Shown here: in pieces, positions 18,809 to 28,041 of the stretch
How positions within the stretch are numbered: position 1 is the first letter of the stretch
Layout: each line of letters starts with the position of its first letter
DNA from: a virus
Taxonomy: Duplodnaviria; Caudoviricetes
Virus record (IMG/VR): IMGVR_UViG_3300037873_000030
Coordinates: 1 to 50,183 of that record
Length of the DNA stretch: 50,183 bases
Reading direction: 5' to 3' (one strand)
The notes under the pieces: model-generated
Told to the model about the DNA's origin: nothing
What the model saw: the letters and a program-made list of their open reading frames with translations, nothing else
Databases searched by the model: none
Translations under genes and position numbers: made by a program

Positions 18809-18814
18809 GCCACT

Positions 18815-18906
18815 AGCGTATCACGTCAACCACGGCCAGCGTGTCACGCGATTTAGCCGAAAGGATGAGCCCTAGGACTTGCACCCCAGAGTTTGCGTGA
18901 TACGCT
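18815..18906. promoter_or_regulatory. Divergent promoters with three operator-like 11-mers
   Basis: AGCGTATCACG 18815-18825, AGCGTGTCACG 18838-18848, CGTGATACGCT 18896-18906; TACGCT ends 6 nt before the ATG on both strands. Confidence 0.65.
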
Positions 18907-18912
18907 TATCCC

Positions 18913-19101
18913 ATGAGGACGACGGAGACCAGGCAGTGGGGATGGACCCGCAGCGGACAGCTGTGGTGCACCGGCTGCCGCGGCACCGGCCAGGTCCCCT
19001 GCCCGCACAACAACATCGACGACACCGGCTGGTGCACCATCTGCGACCAGCCGGCCGACGAGCCCCAGCCGATGACCACCTGCCACACCTGCGAGGAGTG
19101 A
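18913..19101 (+). CDS. Small Zn-ribbon protein
   Basis: Three CxxC motifs. Confidence 0.6.
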   Translation: MRTTETRQWGWTRSGQLWCTGCRGTGQVPCPHNNIDDTGWCTICDQPADEPQPMTTCHTCEE

Positions 19102-19574
19102 CGACCATGACAACCACCCGCACAGTCACCCAAATCGCGCAGGCTCTGCGCGATCTCGGCGCTGAAGACTGGAGGACGGCCGGCCAGCTGCTCGACGCGG
19201 CACCGCTGGCCCTGTCCCGGCAGACACGTGACGCGGTGATGGCACGGCTCGGCAACCTGATCCGGACAGACGCGACTAGCGAGGAGTGAGGACCATGACC
19301 ACCACCACCCGACCGGCCACCTCCACCACCATTTGCCCCGCCTGCGCGCGGCCGCTGCCGGTCACCCAGTCCGGCGTCCTCACCACCGCCGAGCTGGTCG
19401 GGCAGTGCCCGCAGCTGAACTGGGAGCCGGAGCTCCACGGCCGGCTCCTCGCCAAACTGCGGCTGAACATGCATCAGACCCGCACCGGCTGACGCTGCCC
19501 GGTCCCAACCGCCCACGGGCGGCGGGGGCCGAGTGGCGGAACAGACCCGCCACCCGACCGGAGAGAAGTAGACC

Positions 19575-20018
19575 ATGAGCATCGACATGCAGCCGACCAC
19601 CCCAACCGTCCCCGCGAAACCCCGCCGCCGCTGGCCGTGGATCTTCGCCACCGCCCTGGCCGCGCTGATCATCGGCATTGCCATCGGCAGCAGCGGCGAG
19701 AGTGCCGAGACCACCACCGACACCAGCCCACCTGCGAGCGTGGTCACCGTCGCCGACGTGCCGGACGCCTGCCTCGACGCGCTGGACGGCGCGGAGGACA
19801 TGCTGAACATCAGCGTCGAGTACATGACGATCACCAGCGAGCTGCCCATGATGATCTACGACGGGATCGAAGCCGGCGTCGGCTACGACGCTGCGGCGAT
19901 CCAGGACCTGACCGATCGGCTGAATTCGATCACCGCCGACATCGAGGATTTGACCGCGCAAATCGAGGCGTCTGACTACCGGGATGACGCAGCCAAGTGC
20001 CGCGACGCAGCCAACTAG
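19575..20018 (+). CDS. Membrane-anchored helical protein
   Basis: PRRRWPW plus TM segment, S/T linker, acidic coiled coil with two Cys. Confidence 0.75.
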   Translation: MSIDMQPTTPTVPAKPRRRWPWIFATALAALIIGIAIGSSGESAETTTDTSPPASVVTVADVPDACLDALDGAEDMLNISVEYMTITSELPMMIYDGIEAGVGYDAAAIQDLTDRLNSITADIEDLTAQIEASDYRDDAAKCRDAAN

Positions 20019-20029
20019 CCAACGACGGA

Positions 20030-20062
20030 ATCGGCCCGACCCCGTGATGGGGTCGGGCCGAT
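20030..20062. terminator. Hairpin between convergent genes
   Basis: ATCGGCCCGACCCC-GTGAT-GGGGTCGGGCCGAT, perfect 14-bp stem. Confidence 0.85.
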
Positions 20063-20072
20063 CTTGTTGCGG

Positions 20073-20294
20073 TCAGGGCCGGAAGTCGCCCTTGTCGGCG
20101 TTCGGCGGGCGCGGGTCCTCGCTGTTGTTCGTGTTCCCACCCTGGTTGAGACACACCCAGCCGCCCTGCGACGGGTTGAGCGTGGCTTCCTGCCCGGGTG
20201 GGCAGGTGATCGGGTCGGCGGCGGCGGGTGCCGCGAACGCGCCAGCGGCGAACAGCCCGGCTGCCACCGCAGTGAGAACGATCTTGATACGCAT
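20073..20294 (-). CDS. Small secreted protein
   Basis: Sec signal MRIKIVLTAVAAGLFAAGAFAAPAAA; mature part has two Cys. Confidence 0.75.
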   Translation of the reverse strand: MRIKIVLTAVAAGLFAAGAFAAPAAADPITCPPGQEATLNPSQGGWVCLNQGGNTNNSEDPRPPNADKGDFRP

Positions 20295-20466
20295 GGTCTA
20301 CTCCAAACGTTGGGGGGTTGGCTTCCATCGTATATGAGGGTCCACCCGAACGGGCCATGCTCCAATGTTGCGCTATGCTCTATTGCGGCATACGATGGAG
20401 ACACAACAGCAGAGGCCCCGGCATTGAGCAACCACCACCGGGGCCAGACGGAGAAAGGACCCTCCA

Positions 20467-20802
20467 ATGACCGAGATTACCGCCCCCGGCACCTACACCG
20501 TCACCTTCGACGGCGAGCGGATCAGCTCCAAGCGGTTCGGCGACGCAATCAAACTGATCAAGGGCCTCGACCAGCTCGAGGAGACCACCGCCACCTACGA
20601 CTCCGCACGGCGGGCCTGGACGGTCACCCTCCCCGAGGGCTCCCAGCGTGGACTGAGCGACCTGCGCATCGCCGCCCGCTCCTACGGCGCCACCGTCGAG
20701 CCCGCCTCGACCGTGCAGGTCGACCGTGCCGCCCTGGCAGCCGAGCGTCGCACCCTGATCCTCCGGCTGGCTGAGATCGACCGGACCCTGGACGCGCAGT
20801 GA
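20467..20802 (+). CDS. Hypothetical protein
   Basis: GAAAGGA RBS; strong GC3 bias. Confidence 0.7.
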   Translation: MTEITAPGTYTVTFDGERISSKRFGDAIKLIKGLDQLEETTATYDSARRAWTVTLPEGSQRGLSDLRIAARSYGATVEPASTVQVDRAALAAERRTLILRLAEIDRTLDAQ

Positions 20803-21095
20803 CCGGCCGCGACAAGGCCCGGGCGGTGCGGTTGTACCGCTCGGGCCACACCCTGCGGGAGATCGCCGAACGGCTCGGCGTCGACCAGCGCACCATCTGG
20901 CGCGTCCTGCAGGGCCGGGTGGAGTCCCGCCGGGTCGGACCCCGCGGCCGGACCGACGTCACCGACGCCGAGATTGTCGAGTCGCGGGAGGTCGACCAAC
21001 TGTCCTGGTCGGAGATCGCCGAGCAGACCGGCATGTCCCGTACCGGTGTCCGCACCCGGTATCTGATGGCCACCAGCGGCCAGCGTTGGCGCTGA
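20799..21095 (+). CDS. Double-HTH DNA-binding protein
   Basis: TLREIAERLGVDQRTIWR and SWSEIAEQTGMSRTGVRTRY. Confidence 0.8.
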   Translation: MTGRDKARAVRLYRSGHTLREIAERLGVDQRTIWRVLQGRVESRRVGPRGRTDVTDAEIVESREVDQLSWSEIAEQTGMSRTGVRTRYLMATSGQRWR

Positions 21096-21141
21096 CCTGT
21101 ATCTACCGCCCGCCACCCGGCGGGCAGACAAGGAGACGACC

Positions 21142-21654
21142 ATGAACATGACGCTGAGGTACCCCGCCCTGGTCGCCCGGTCAGTCGCGGAGGACTGGCA
21201 GACAACTGACCGGCGTAGCTACCCGGAGTTTTGCGGCGAGGTCACAATAGTGCAGCACGGGCTGTCGGCGTGGCCCGCAACCGAAACACTGCCGGCATGG
21301 CCGGCGCAGCCGGAGCGGCTCGGGATCACCGGCCCGGACGGGACAATGCGGATGATCCCCGACACTGTGGTGGCAGCGCATACACCGCCACCGTGCCCCA
21401 ACCGGTGCCCGGTCATGATGACCGCGCACGGTGGACCTGGTATCGGGCCGTGGTCCTGCCCGCTTTGCGGCCACGGCCTCACCGAGAATGCCACCCGGTT
21501 CGTCCAGGCGTTCGCGGCGACGGCCGAGGCAGCGGACGCCGACCGCCGACCGGTCCGCGGCCATAGCAGACATCGAGACAGCAAAGAGCCCGGCCGGGAG
21601 GGCCACCATTCCCTCCCAGCCGGGCTCCCAACCCCCCTGCACCTACCCGAGTAA
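21142..21654 (+). CDS. Hypothetical protein (C-terminus overlaps a terminator)
   Basis: AGGAG RBS; CPxxCP and CPLCG motifs. Confidence 0.45.
   Translation: MNMTLRYPALVARSVAEDWQTTDRRSYPEFCGEVTIVQHGLSAWPATETLPAWPAQPERLGITGPDGTMRMIPDTVVAAHTPPPCPNRCPVMMTAHGGPGIGPWSCPLCGHGLTENATRFVQAFAATAEAADADRRPVRGHSRHRDSKEPGREGHHSLPAGLPTPLHLPE
21586..21627 (-). terminator. Terminator of the late operon
   Basis: 17-bp stem with one G-U pair, followed by TTTG on the minus strand, just after the last lysis-region gene. Confidence 0.75.
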
Positions 21655-21657
21655 CGT

Positions 21658-21894
21658 CTAGTCGATCTTGTCGGCCTTGCGCTTCCGCCAGTACCGCACA
21701 CCGAAGTGGACGGCCAGCCAGCCGCACAGCCCGGCGATTGCCAGCGCGGTGACCTCACCCGGGACGTACGCCACGATGAGATCCGTCCACGGGTCGGTGT
21801 TCGGGTCACCGTCGGCGCTCGCCCAGATCTCCATGCCGATCACCACGGCTGTCAGCCCGAGGAACGCGATCCGCCAGCGGGCAACTGTGCTCAC
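21658..21894 (-). CDS. Two-TM membrane protein
   Basis: Two TM segments, DPWT motif, basic tail. Confidence 0.75.
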   Translation of the reverse strand: MSTVARWRIAFLGLTAVVIGMEIWASADGDPNTDPWTDLIVAYVPGEVTALAIAGLCGWLAVHFGVRYWRKRKADKID

Positions 21895-22067
21895 GTCGGC
21901 AGCTCGTTGGCCGGCGCCACGTACGTGGCGAGCGCCGATGCGACCAGCACCGCCAGCCCGGCCACCTCCGGTGCCAGCTCGACCCCGGCCAGGTGGGCGA
22001 CGCCGACCACCGCGGTGGCGGTCAGCCCGCCCAGGATCGCCGCAACCAACTTCCGTACACGTGCCAT
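21891..22067 (-). CDS. Holin-like small membrane protein (absent from the ORF track)
   Basis: MARVRKLVAAILGGLTATAVVGVAHLAGVELAPEVAGLAVLVASALATYVAPANELPT. Confidence 0.65.
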   Translation of the reverse strand: MARVRKLVAAILGGLTATAVVGVAHLAGVELAPEVAGLAVLVASALATYVAPANELPT

Positions 22068-22070
22068 CTC

Positions 22071-22616
22071 TTACTCCTTGTCGGGCAGGGCGGCCAGGAA
22101 CGCCGCCAACACCTTGACGTGCCGGGCATCGGCCAACGCGTTGTGCAGGCCTTCGGTCTGCTCGGGCATGTCCGGGTTGCCGAGCCGGTCACACTCCTGC
22201 TGCAGGTCGTGGGTGTACATCGGCACCCCCTTCGGCAGGTCGACCATCGCACCCCACAGCTGGCAGAGCACAACATGGTCGTAGGCGCCGTACCACGCCC
22301 ACAGTTCGACGTCCGGGGTCGCCAGGATGAACTCCGCGACCGCCCTGGCGATCTGCGCGCGGGGCCGTACGTCCGGGTGGTCGGTGTCGAGATGTCCGTG
22401 GCGGCACCGGCACTTGAAGCCGGGCGGGTGCTGTTTGAGCGGCAGGGACTGCCACACGTTCTCGACCAGCCACGGATTGCGGAGCAGGTTCCCCGTGTTG
22501 AACTCTGAGGACACGGCGTAGAGCTCGCGGCCGTCTTCGGCGACCATGCCGATGCTCACCAGGTCGACGGTCACACCGTCCTCGACGAACTCGCAGTCGT
22601 AGTAGATCCGGGTCAC
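22071..22616 (-). CDS. DEDD 3'-5' exoribonuclease (RNase AS/Rv2179c-like)
   Basis: YYDCEFVEDG...LVSIG...AYDHV...HNALADARH. Confidence 0.85.
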   Translation of the reverse strand: MTRIYYDCEFVEDGVTVDLVSIGMVAEDGRELYAVSSEFNTGNLLRNPWLVENVWQSLPLKQHPPGFKCRCRHGHLDTDHPDVRPRAQIARAVAEFILATPDVELWAWYGAYDHVVLCQLWGAMVDLPKGVPMYTHDLQQECDRLGNPDMPEQTEGLHNALADARHVKVLAAFLAALPDKE

Positions 22617-22626
22617 GTCTTCCCTC

Positions 22627-22983
22627 TCATTCGCATCGTAGGCTTGGCGGTTCCGGCACCGGATGTTCCGCCAGTGCCGTGCGGTACTCGTCGCTAGCTG
22701 CCAGGTAGGCGGCCAACGCCGCCGCGAACTGCTCCTCGTCCTGCTCGGCCACGGCGCGGACCAGCTCGTCCAGGGCGTCCGCACGGGCCTGGGCCAGCCC
22801 GCCCAACAGCGCGGTGCGCGCCACGCTGGCATCACCCCACGCCTGCACGCAGGTGATCAGCTCCGCCTGCTGGTTCGCGACGCCCTGCATCCGGACAAAT
22901 CCGGGGACGGCCACCACCGCCAACATCAGCAGCGCGGCGAACAGCGGGTGCACCCGCAGCCATGCCAGCGCCCGGCGGACCAT
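22627..22983 (-). CDS. Membrane protein in the lysis cassette
   Basis: N-terminal TM segment plus helical region. Confidence 0.65.
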   Translation of the reverse strand: MVRRALAWLRVHPLFAALLMLAVVAVPGFVRMQGVANQQAELITCVQAWGDASVARTALLGGLAQARADALDELVRAVAEQDEEQFAAALAAYLAASDEYRTALAEHPVPEPPSLRCE

Positions 22984-22986
22984 CAG

Positions 22987-23238
22987 TCAAGCACCGCCGC
23001 CAGCAGGGCTAGACCCAGCCCCGCCACCAGCCACGTCGTTGTGAACGTGTACTGCCGGATGGTCTGTAGCACCATGGCTACCTCGTCTCGCTTCGTCGAT
23101 TCGCATGAAGATCGGGGACAGCAGGATGGCGCCCAGAAAGCTGAGCACCGCCGGCCGCGCACCGCCGAGCGTGATCTCGAAGACGGCCAGGGCTTGGGCG
23201 ACAACCACAACCATTCCGTCCCGAAGTGATCTGCTCAC
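22987..23238 (-). CDS. Membrane protein, holin candidate
   Basis: Two hydrophobic segments directly after the lysin. Confidence 0.55.
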   Translation of the reverse strand: MSRSLRDGMVVVVAQALAVFEITLGGARPAVLSFLGAILLSPIFMRIDEARRGSHGATDHPAVHVHNDVAGGGAGSSPAGGGA

Positions 23239-24125
23239 CGCGGCTCATCGACCCCGCCGAGCACCGTGCGCAGTGCTGCCTCCACCTGCTCGGCCGATGC
23301 GGCCGGGACCAGCGCTGCCAACGCGGCCGGCAGCCCGGCCAGCCGCTGGGCCATCGCCTGGTCGTGCTTGGCCAACTCGGCGGCGACCGCTGCCGCTACG
23401 TCCTGCCCGGCCACGGCGGCGAGGACCGCCTTGCCGGTCGGGTCGGCCCACACGTCGGCGGCGAACCTGGCCCTGGACTTGGGTGCGGCGGTCATGCCGG
23501 CGTAGGCGAGACGCCGCTTGAGCGACTTCGCCCAGCCCGCAGGTACCGTGTCGTCGTCGACCAGCCCGCCGGCGGTGTAGTCCCGGTCGAAGAACTCGGT
23601 CAACACTTCGAGCATCTCGGCCTTGGTCACGTCGTCCTCCTCTGTTGGTAGTCCGGCTGCGATCCACGCCCGCAGCCGCGAGCCGGGGCATTCGGTGGCC
23701 TGGCCGGGTAGCTGCCCGTGGCCGGAGACCAGCAATTGCCGGCCGGCGCGGCGCTGCGCCTCTTCCCGCACCCACGCCAGCGTGGACAGCGCGGCTGGGG
23801 ATGGGGCGACGTTGCCGGAGGTGCCGATCCAGCACACCCCGACCCACGCCGTGTTCTGGTTGGCGGCGTGCGCGCCGATGGCGAGCCAGGTGCCCTGCCG
23901 GCCTTCCCACAGCCGCCCGTCCTGGGTGACCAGCCAGTTATAGCCGATGTCCACCCAGCCGTTGGAGTCCATCTGGTAGTCCTGAATGGCGCGGACGGTT
24001 TGGGTGGTGGGTCCGGCGGAGTGGTGGATGGCCACACCCACCCGCTGCCCCCAGGTGGCCATGGAGATGGCGCTCTTGGGCGCCCGGGCGCCCCACTGTG
24101 ATCTTGTGACGATCGTCGGTGCCAT
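23235..24125 (-). CDS. Endolysin, N-acetylmuramoyl-L-alanine amidase (PGRP/Amidase_2)
   Basis: TRSQWGAR, IHHS, GWVDIGYNW, GAH, GH...TECPG. Confidence 0.9.
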   Translation of the reverse strand: MAPTIVTRSQWGARAPKSAISMATWGQRVGVAIHHSAGPTTQTVRAIQDYQMDSNGWVDIGYNWLVTQDGRLWEGRQGTWLAIGAHAANQNTAWVGVCWIGTSGNVAPSPAALSTLAWVREEAQRRAGRQLLVSGHGQLPGQATECPGSRLRAWIAAGLPTEEDDVTKAEMLEVLTEFFDRDYTAGGLVDDDTVPAGWAKSLKRRLAYAGMTAAPKSRARFAADVWADPTGKAVLAAVAGQDVAAAVAAELAKHDQAMAQRLAGLPAALAALVPAASAEQVEAALRTVLGGVDEPR

Positions 24126-24138
24126 GGTTGGTCCCCTC

Positions 24139-24579
24139 CTACCCGCTCACGTAGGAGACGTCCAGGTACACCGGCCGGGTGGCACCGGCGCCCAGCTTGC
24201 ACGTGCCGGTGCCGCCGGCCTGCTGCCCGGTCAGCACGAACGTCTTATCCGCGGTGGCCACGGCCGTGAACTCGACCTCCAACACCCCACCCCACCCCAG
24301 GGCCGACACCACGAGGATGCGCACGTTGTCGCTCTGCATGATGGTGCCGGTCACACTGTCCTCACGCAGCCGCGCATTGATCCGGTCGTCGGCCACGGTC
24401 GACTCCCACTTCGGGACCGCGCGCAGCCGGTAGGTGCGGCCGGACACCAGCGGCGCGACCACCGACGCCACCGACACCTCGGTGGTGGTGAACCCGGCTG
24501 AGTCGGCGGTGACCACGGTGGTGGCGATCCGCTCCCCCGGGATACGCCCGGCGACCAGCAGTTGACCCGCGCTACTCAT
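24139..24579 (-). CDS. Minor tail protein
   Basis: Beta-rich; last gene of the tail block. Confidence 0.6.
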   Translation of the reverse strand: MSSAGQLLVAGRIPGERIATTVVTADSAGFTTTEVSVASVVAPLVSGRTYRLRAVPKWESTVADDRINARLREDSVTGTIMQSDNVRILVVSALGWGGVLEVEFTAVATADKTFVLTGQQAGGTGTCKLGAGATRPVYLDVSYVSG

Positions 24580-24586
24580 GATGACC

Positions 24587-26470
24587 TCACAGTCCTATGT
24601 GCGGTTTGTGGAAGAACTTGACCGGATCATCCTGGGTGTGTTCCTTGACGATCCCGTTGACGCTGCGGGTGACCGTCAAAGTCTGAACCTTCGTGATCGG
24701 GAAGCCGCCGCTGGGCGCGCCGACCGCGGTGACGGTCATCCGCTCACCGCCGACCAGGATGTCAAAATCGGCCTCGTGCACCCACTCCGGACCGGCACCG
24801 CAGATGATCGTGACATCGGTTTCGGTGGTGGTCAGGTCCTCCTGCAACGTCGTCGTATCCGACAGCAGCATGCCGAGGGTTGCATTCTCCACCATGGCGA
24901 TCTTGTACGGCCCGGCCGGTGTGCACTGCCAGTCCTGCGTCCACTCGGCCTGGCTGATCGTCTCGGTGTAGCCGAGCACCACCTGGTCGATGTCCTCCGG
25001 CGGCAGCCACAGCGGCGGATTTTCGATCACAATCCTGGCGGCCACGTCCAACGCCACCACCGCCGGCACCAGGGTCGCCGCAGCAGCCCTCGTGGTCAGT
25101 GACCGCACGTTGGTGCGGATGGCTGGGAACCGGTCGTGCGGATCATCCCACGTGCCAACGTGCAACGCCCACCCGGCGATGTCTGGCAGCCGCAACTCCG
25201 AGTCGACGTTGACGTCCACCTGCGCCGGGCGGACACCCACACCATCCGGCGGGGCCTGCGTCGACAGCACACCCACATCCAGCGTGGCCCGGTACTCCCC
25301 ACCGTCGGCGCGGGCGGCTGTCACATCGTTGACCAGCCCCAGGTCATCCGGGCTCGGATGCAGAGGTGGGCTGACTTCCCCCGCCGCGTAGTCCAGTACG
25401 AACGGGTCGATGTTCGCCACCGCGGAGACGATCAGGTCGATACTGGCAGGGTCGACCAGGACGGCTATGGCCACACGCGACGACTGCGCCAACGCGATCC
25501 GGTCATCGGCCCCGACGGTGATGTCGAACCAGGCAGACCAGTCCGCCAGTGTCGTTTCCTGCGCCGAGGTCAGCTGGTAGTGGGTGGGCATCGGCTCCAC
25601 GTAGTCACCGCTGCGCAGCCGGATAGTGCGACGCTGCGCCCCCCACGTGGCCTGGTCGGCCTGCGACGCGGCCCGGGCGGCGGCCAGGTCGGCGGCCACC
25701 GTCCCCGACTGGTACCAGGTGACCGCCGCGTCCAACGCGTCCGACTGGACTCGGATCCGGGTCGCCTCCGCCACCGGTGAGGCATCCGGGCCGCGGCGGC
25801 CCTCTATCAGCAGACCAGCGGCGTGGGTCATGTACGCCCGCACGTTCAGATTCCGCCACGACACGAACGAGCCGTCGGCGTAGATGCTGGCGTCGTCGCC
25901 GGCGGTGATCGCGTCGGCTATCAGCGTGTCCCGCAGGTCGACCGCCACGTCGTGCAGGTCGGGGTGCCCGTTGCGCATCCCGTCGGTTGAGCCGGCGGAG
26001 AACTGGACGTCGTACGTTTCGCCGTCGGCGACCTGCTCGTGCATGTCGACAATCAGCCGGGGGGTTCGGGCGGCGACGTAGTCGGCCACCGCCTGTGTCT
26101 CCGGTTCGGCGTGGGACATCCAGTCCCGGTTGAGGTCGGCGCCGTTGTCGTTTTCGCGGGTTGCGGCGGCGAACCCGTCCGGGTTGACGGTGGGGATCAT
26201 CCCGATGGTCAGTGTGGACAGGAACCCTGGCAGCGCGGCCAGCCACGTCGTGATGTGGTCGAGCAGCGTTTCCCGCCCGGCCGGTTCGGTGCCGTGCTGG
26301 CAGCCTACGAACAGGATGTCCACCTGACCTGAGGCTTTGTTCGGCCCCCACGTGACCGAGCTGATGTCTGTGGCGAGCACCGATGCGCCGAGCACTTCGA
26401 CCACCGCGTCGGATGATGCGTCGGCGTTGCCGATGATCGTCGCCTCGGCTGCCAGGGTGGTGAACGCCAT
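24587..26470 (-). CDS. M14 zinc carboxypeptidase domain fused to a minor tail protein C-terminal half
   Basis: QHGTEPAG, VNPDG, RENDNGADLNRD, DMHE; then LDYAAGEVSPPLHP...NDVTA...GGERMTVT...VTRSVNGIVK. Confidence 0.8.
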   Translation of the reverse strand: MAFTTLAAEATIIGNADASSDAVVEVLGASVLATDISSVTWGPNKASGQVDILFVGCQHGTEPAGRETLLDHITTWLAALPGFLSTLTIGMIPTVNPDGFAAATRENDNGADLNRDWMSHAEPETQAVADYVAARTPRLIVDMHEQVADGETYDVQFSAGSTDGMRNGHPDLHDVAVDLRDTLIADAITAGDDASIYADGSFVSWRNLNVRAYMTHAAGLLIEGRRGPDASPVAEATRIRVQSDALDAAVTWYQSGTVAADLAAARAASQADQATWGAQRRTIRLRSGDYVEPMPTHYQLTSAQETTLADWSAWFDITVGADDRIALAQSSRVAIAVLVDPASIDLIVSAVANIDPFVLDYAAGEVSPPLHPSPDDLGLVNDVTAARADGGEYRATLDVGVLSTQAPPDGVGVRPAQVDVNVDSELRLPDIAGWALHVGTWDDPHDRFPAIRTNVRSLTTRAAAATLVPAVVALDVAARIVIENPPLWLPPEDIDQVVLGYTETISQAEWTQDWQCTPAGPYKIAMVENATLGMLLSDTTTLQEDLTTTETDVTIICGAGPEWVHEADFDILVGGERMTVTAVGAPSGGFPITKVQTLTVTRSVNGIVKEHTQDDPVKFFHKPHIGL

Positions 26471-26523
26471 ACGGATCGTCCCCCCGTCGAAATGGCATGC
26501 CCGGCGGGGGTGATCCGCTCAGG

Positions 26524-27897
26524 CTACGAGATCAGGTACAGGCTGCGGCGGGTGCGGAACGTCAACCCCAACTCGTCGCGCGTCTCCGTCAAAATCGGCA
26601 GCCGCGACCCGGACGCCTCAGTCGCCGCGCACTCGTCCAGCAGGGCCAACAGGTCCGCGGAGCGTTGCGCACCCATGGGCATGCTCCCGTCCAAGTCGCC
26701 GAACGCGGTCAGGGTGACCCCTTCCTCGGCGCACAGGCGCACCACCCGGTTGCCGGCGGTCTCGTTGGCGTGGCCGGTGTACGCGGCGTACGCCTGCGCC
26801 AGCGTCGGCGCGCTCGACCCCCACAGTATGAACTGGCCGAAGGTGATCGGCTCCGCATCCCCCGCAGATGTCGTGTTAGCCGCCGATACAGAGTTGACCC
26901 GGGGGATCGCGGCCGCCCCGATATCCCCCGTTGCTGTCGCGACCTCCACGCCGTCCACCGCAACAGTGATCGTCGCGTTGGTGCCACTAGCCTCCACCGC
27001 TGACATGCGGATGTGATGAAGTTGCCCATCCTCGATGTCCACGGTAGCCGTATCGCTGGCGATGGTCGACGACGTGTCCAGATCGACGATGCCTGCAGTC
27101 AGACCGCCCGAGACGATGTTCAACGCGAAACGGATATCGACCGTGCCGGAGGTGTCGACGGCCGCCTCGTGTATCTGTGGCGTGTTGGTGCTGCTCCACT
27201 GCGACGGGGGGGTCGTCCGCACCGCCCAGTCGAGCACCGCACCGCCGGATGGTCCCCCAAAAACGGAGGCTTCGACTACCCCATTTACCGGGCCGGACAG
27301 TGGCGCAACCGGCAGATAGGATGCCAGAAAGCCCGTGCCGTATAGCATCTGTTTGGTGTTGTCGACGGTCCGCATCGGCCCGCCACCCACCAATCCCGGC
27401 GACTGGCGCGATCCTTCCAGGGCATCCAACGGCCAGTAGGCACTTGCCCCGTGCACGGCGACCAGCCGGGCGATCGGGTCGCTCAACGGGCGGCCGCTCG
27501 AGCCCAGCCTGCGCAGGATGCCCGATACCTCCAGGTCCACCCACAGGTCGCGTTGGGACACGTCCCAGCGGGCCGGCCACTGCACAACCTCACCAACCAC
27601 CCGGGTCGTCAGAGACCCGCCGACCAGCCCGGCCTCGACCTTGACCGGTGTGCCACGTCCGATCAGGCCAAACAGGTCTGAGCGCGGGTTCTTCGGCGAG
27701 TAGCGTCCGACCACCGACGGCTCGACGTTGCTGGCACCGTTGTTGAGCCGCAACGTGATCACAGCCGGATCAGACCGGGACGCCTCGTTCGGCATGCCCC
27801 GGCTGATGTGGATCGGCATCCGCGTATCGGCGGTGATCACATGCCACGCACCGGAGTAGAAGATCGACACCTGCGCCTGGACCAGCTCACCGGCCAC
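26524..27897 (-). CDS. Minor tail protein (N-terminal half of the hub-like tail gene)
   Basis: ISRG...LNN...YSPKNPRSDLFGLIGR...GILRRLG...AYWPLD...RLCAEEGV; alternative start at 27984. Confidence 0.8.
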   Translation of the reverse strand: MAGELVQAQVSIFYSGAWHVITADTRMPIHISRGMPNEASRSDPAVITLRLNNGASNVEPSVVGRYSPKNPRSDLFGLIGRGTPVKVEAGLVGGSLTTRVVGEVVQWPARWDVSQRDLWVDLEVSGILRRLGSSGRPLSDPIARLVAVHGASAYWPLDALEGSRQSPGLVGGGPMRTVDNTKQMLYGTGFLASYLPVAPLSGPVNGVVEASVFGGPSGGAVLDWAVRTTPPSQWSSTNTPQIHEAAVDTSGTVDIRFALNIVSGGLTAGIVDLDTSSTIASDTATVDIEDGQLHHIRMSAVEASGTNATITVAVDGVEVATATGDIGAAAIPRVNSVSAANTTSAGDAEPITFGQFILWGSSAPTLAQAYAAYTGHANETAGNRVVRLCAEEGVTLTAFGDLDGSMPMGAQRSADLLALLDECAATEASGSRLPILTETRDELGLTFRTRRSLYLIS

Positions 27898-28041
27898 GGC
27901 ACACCCCGGTGAGGCCGAACCGGACAGCACACCGGCCAGCAGTAGGACCGCAGACACCGCCACGGCGGACCAGATACGATGCATCGGGCATCAACTCCCC
28001 CGACGAGTTGGTGCCCCCACCGTACGCCCAGATGTCCACAC

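Noticed and set aside
24139-27897. Diversity-generating retroelement or invertible tail cassette
   Set aside because: No reverse transcriptase, template/variable repeat pair, invertase or inverted repeats seen
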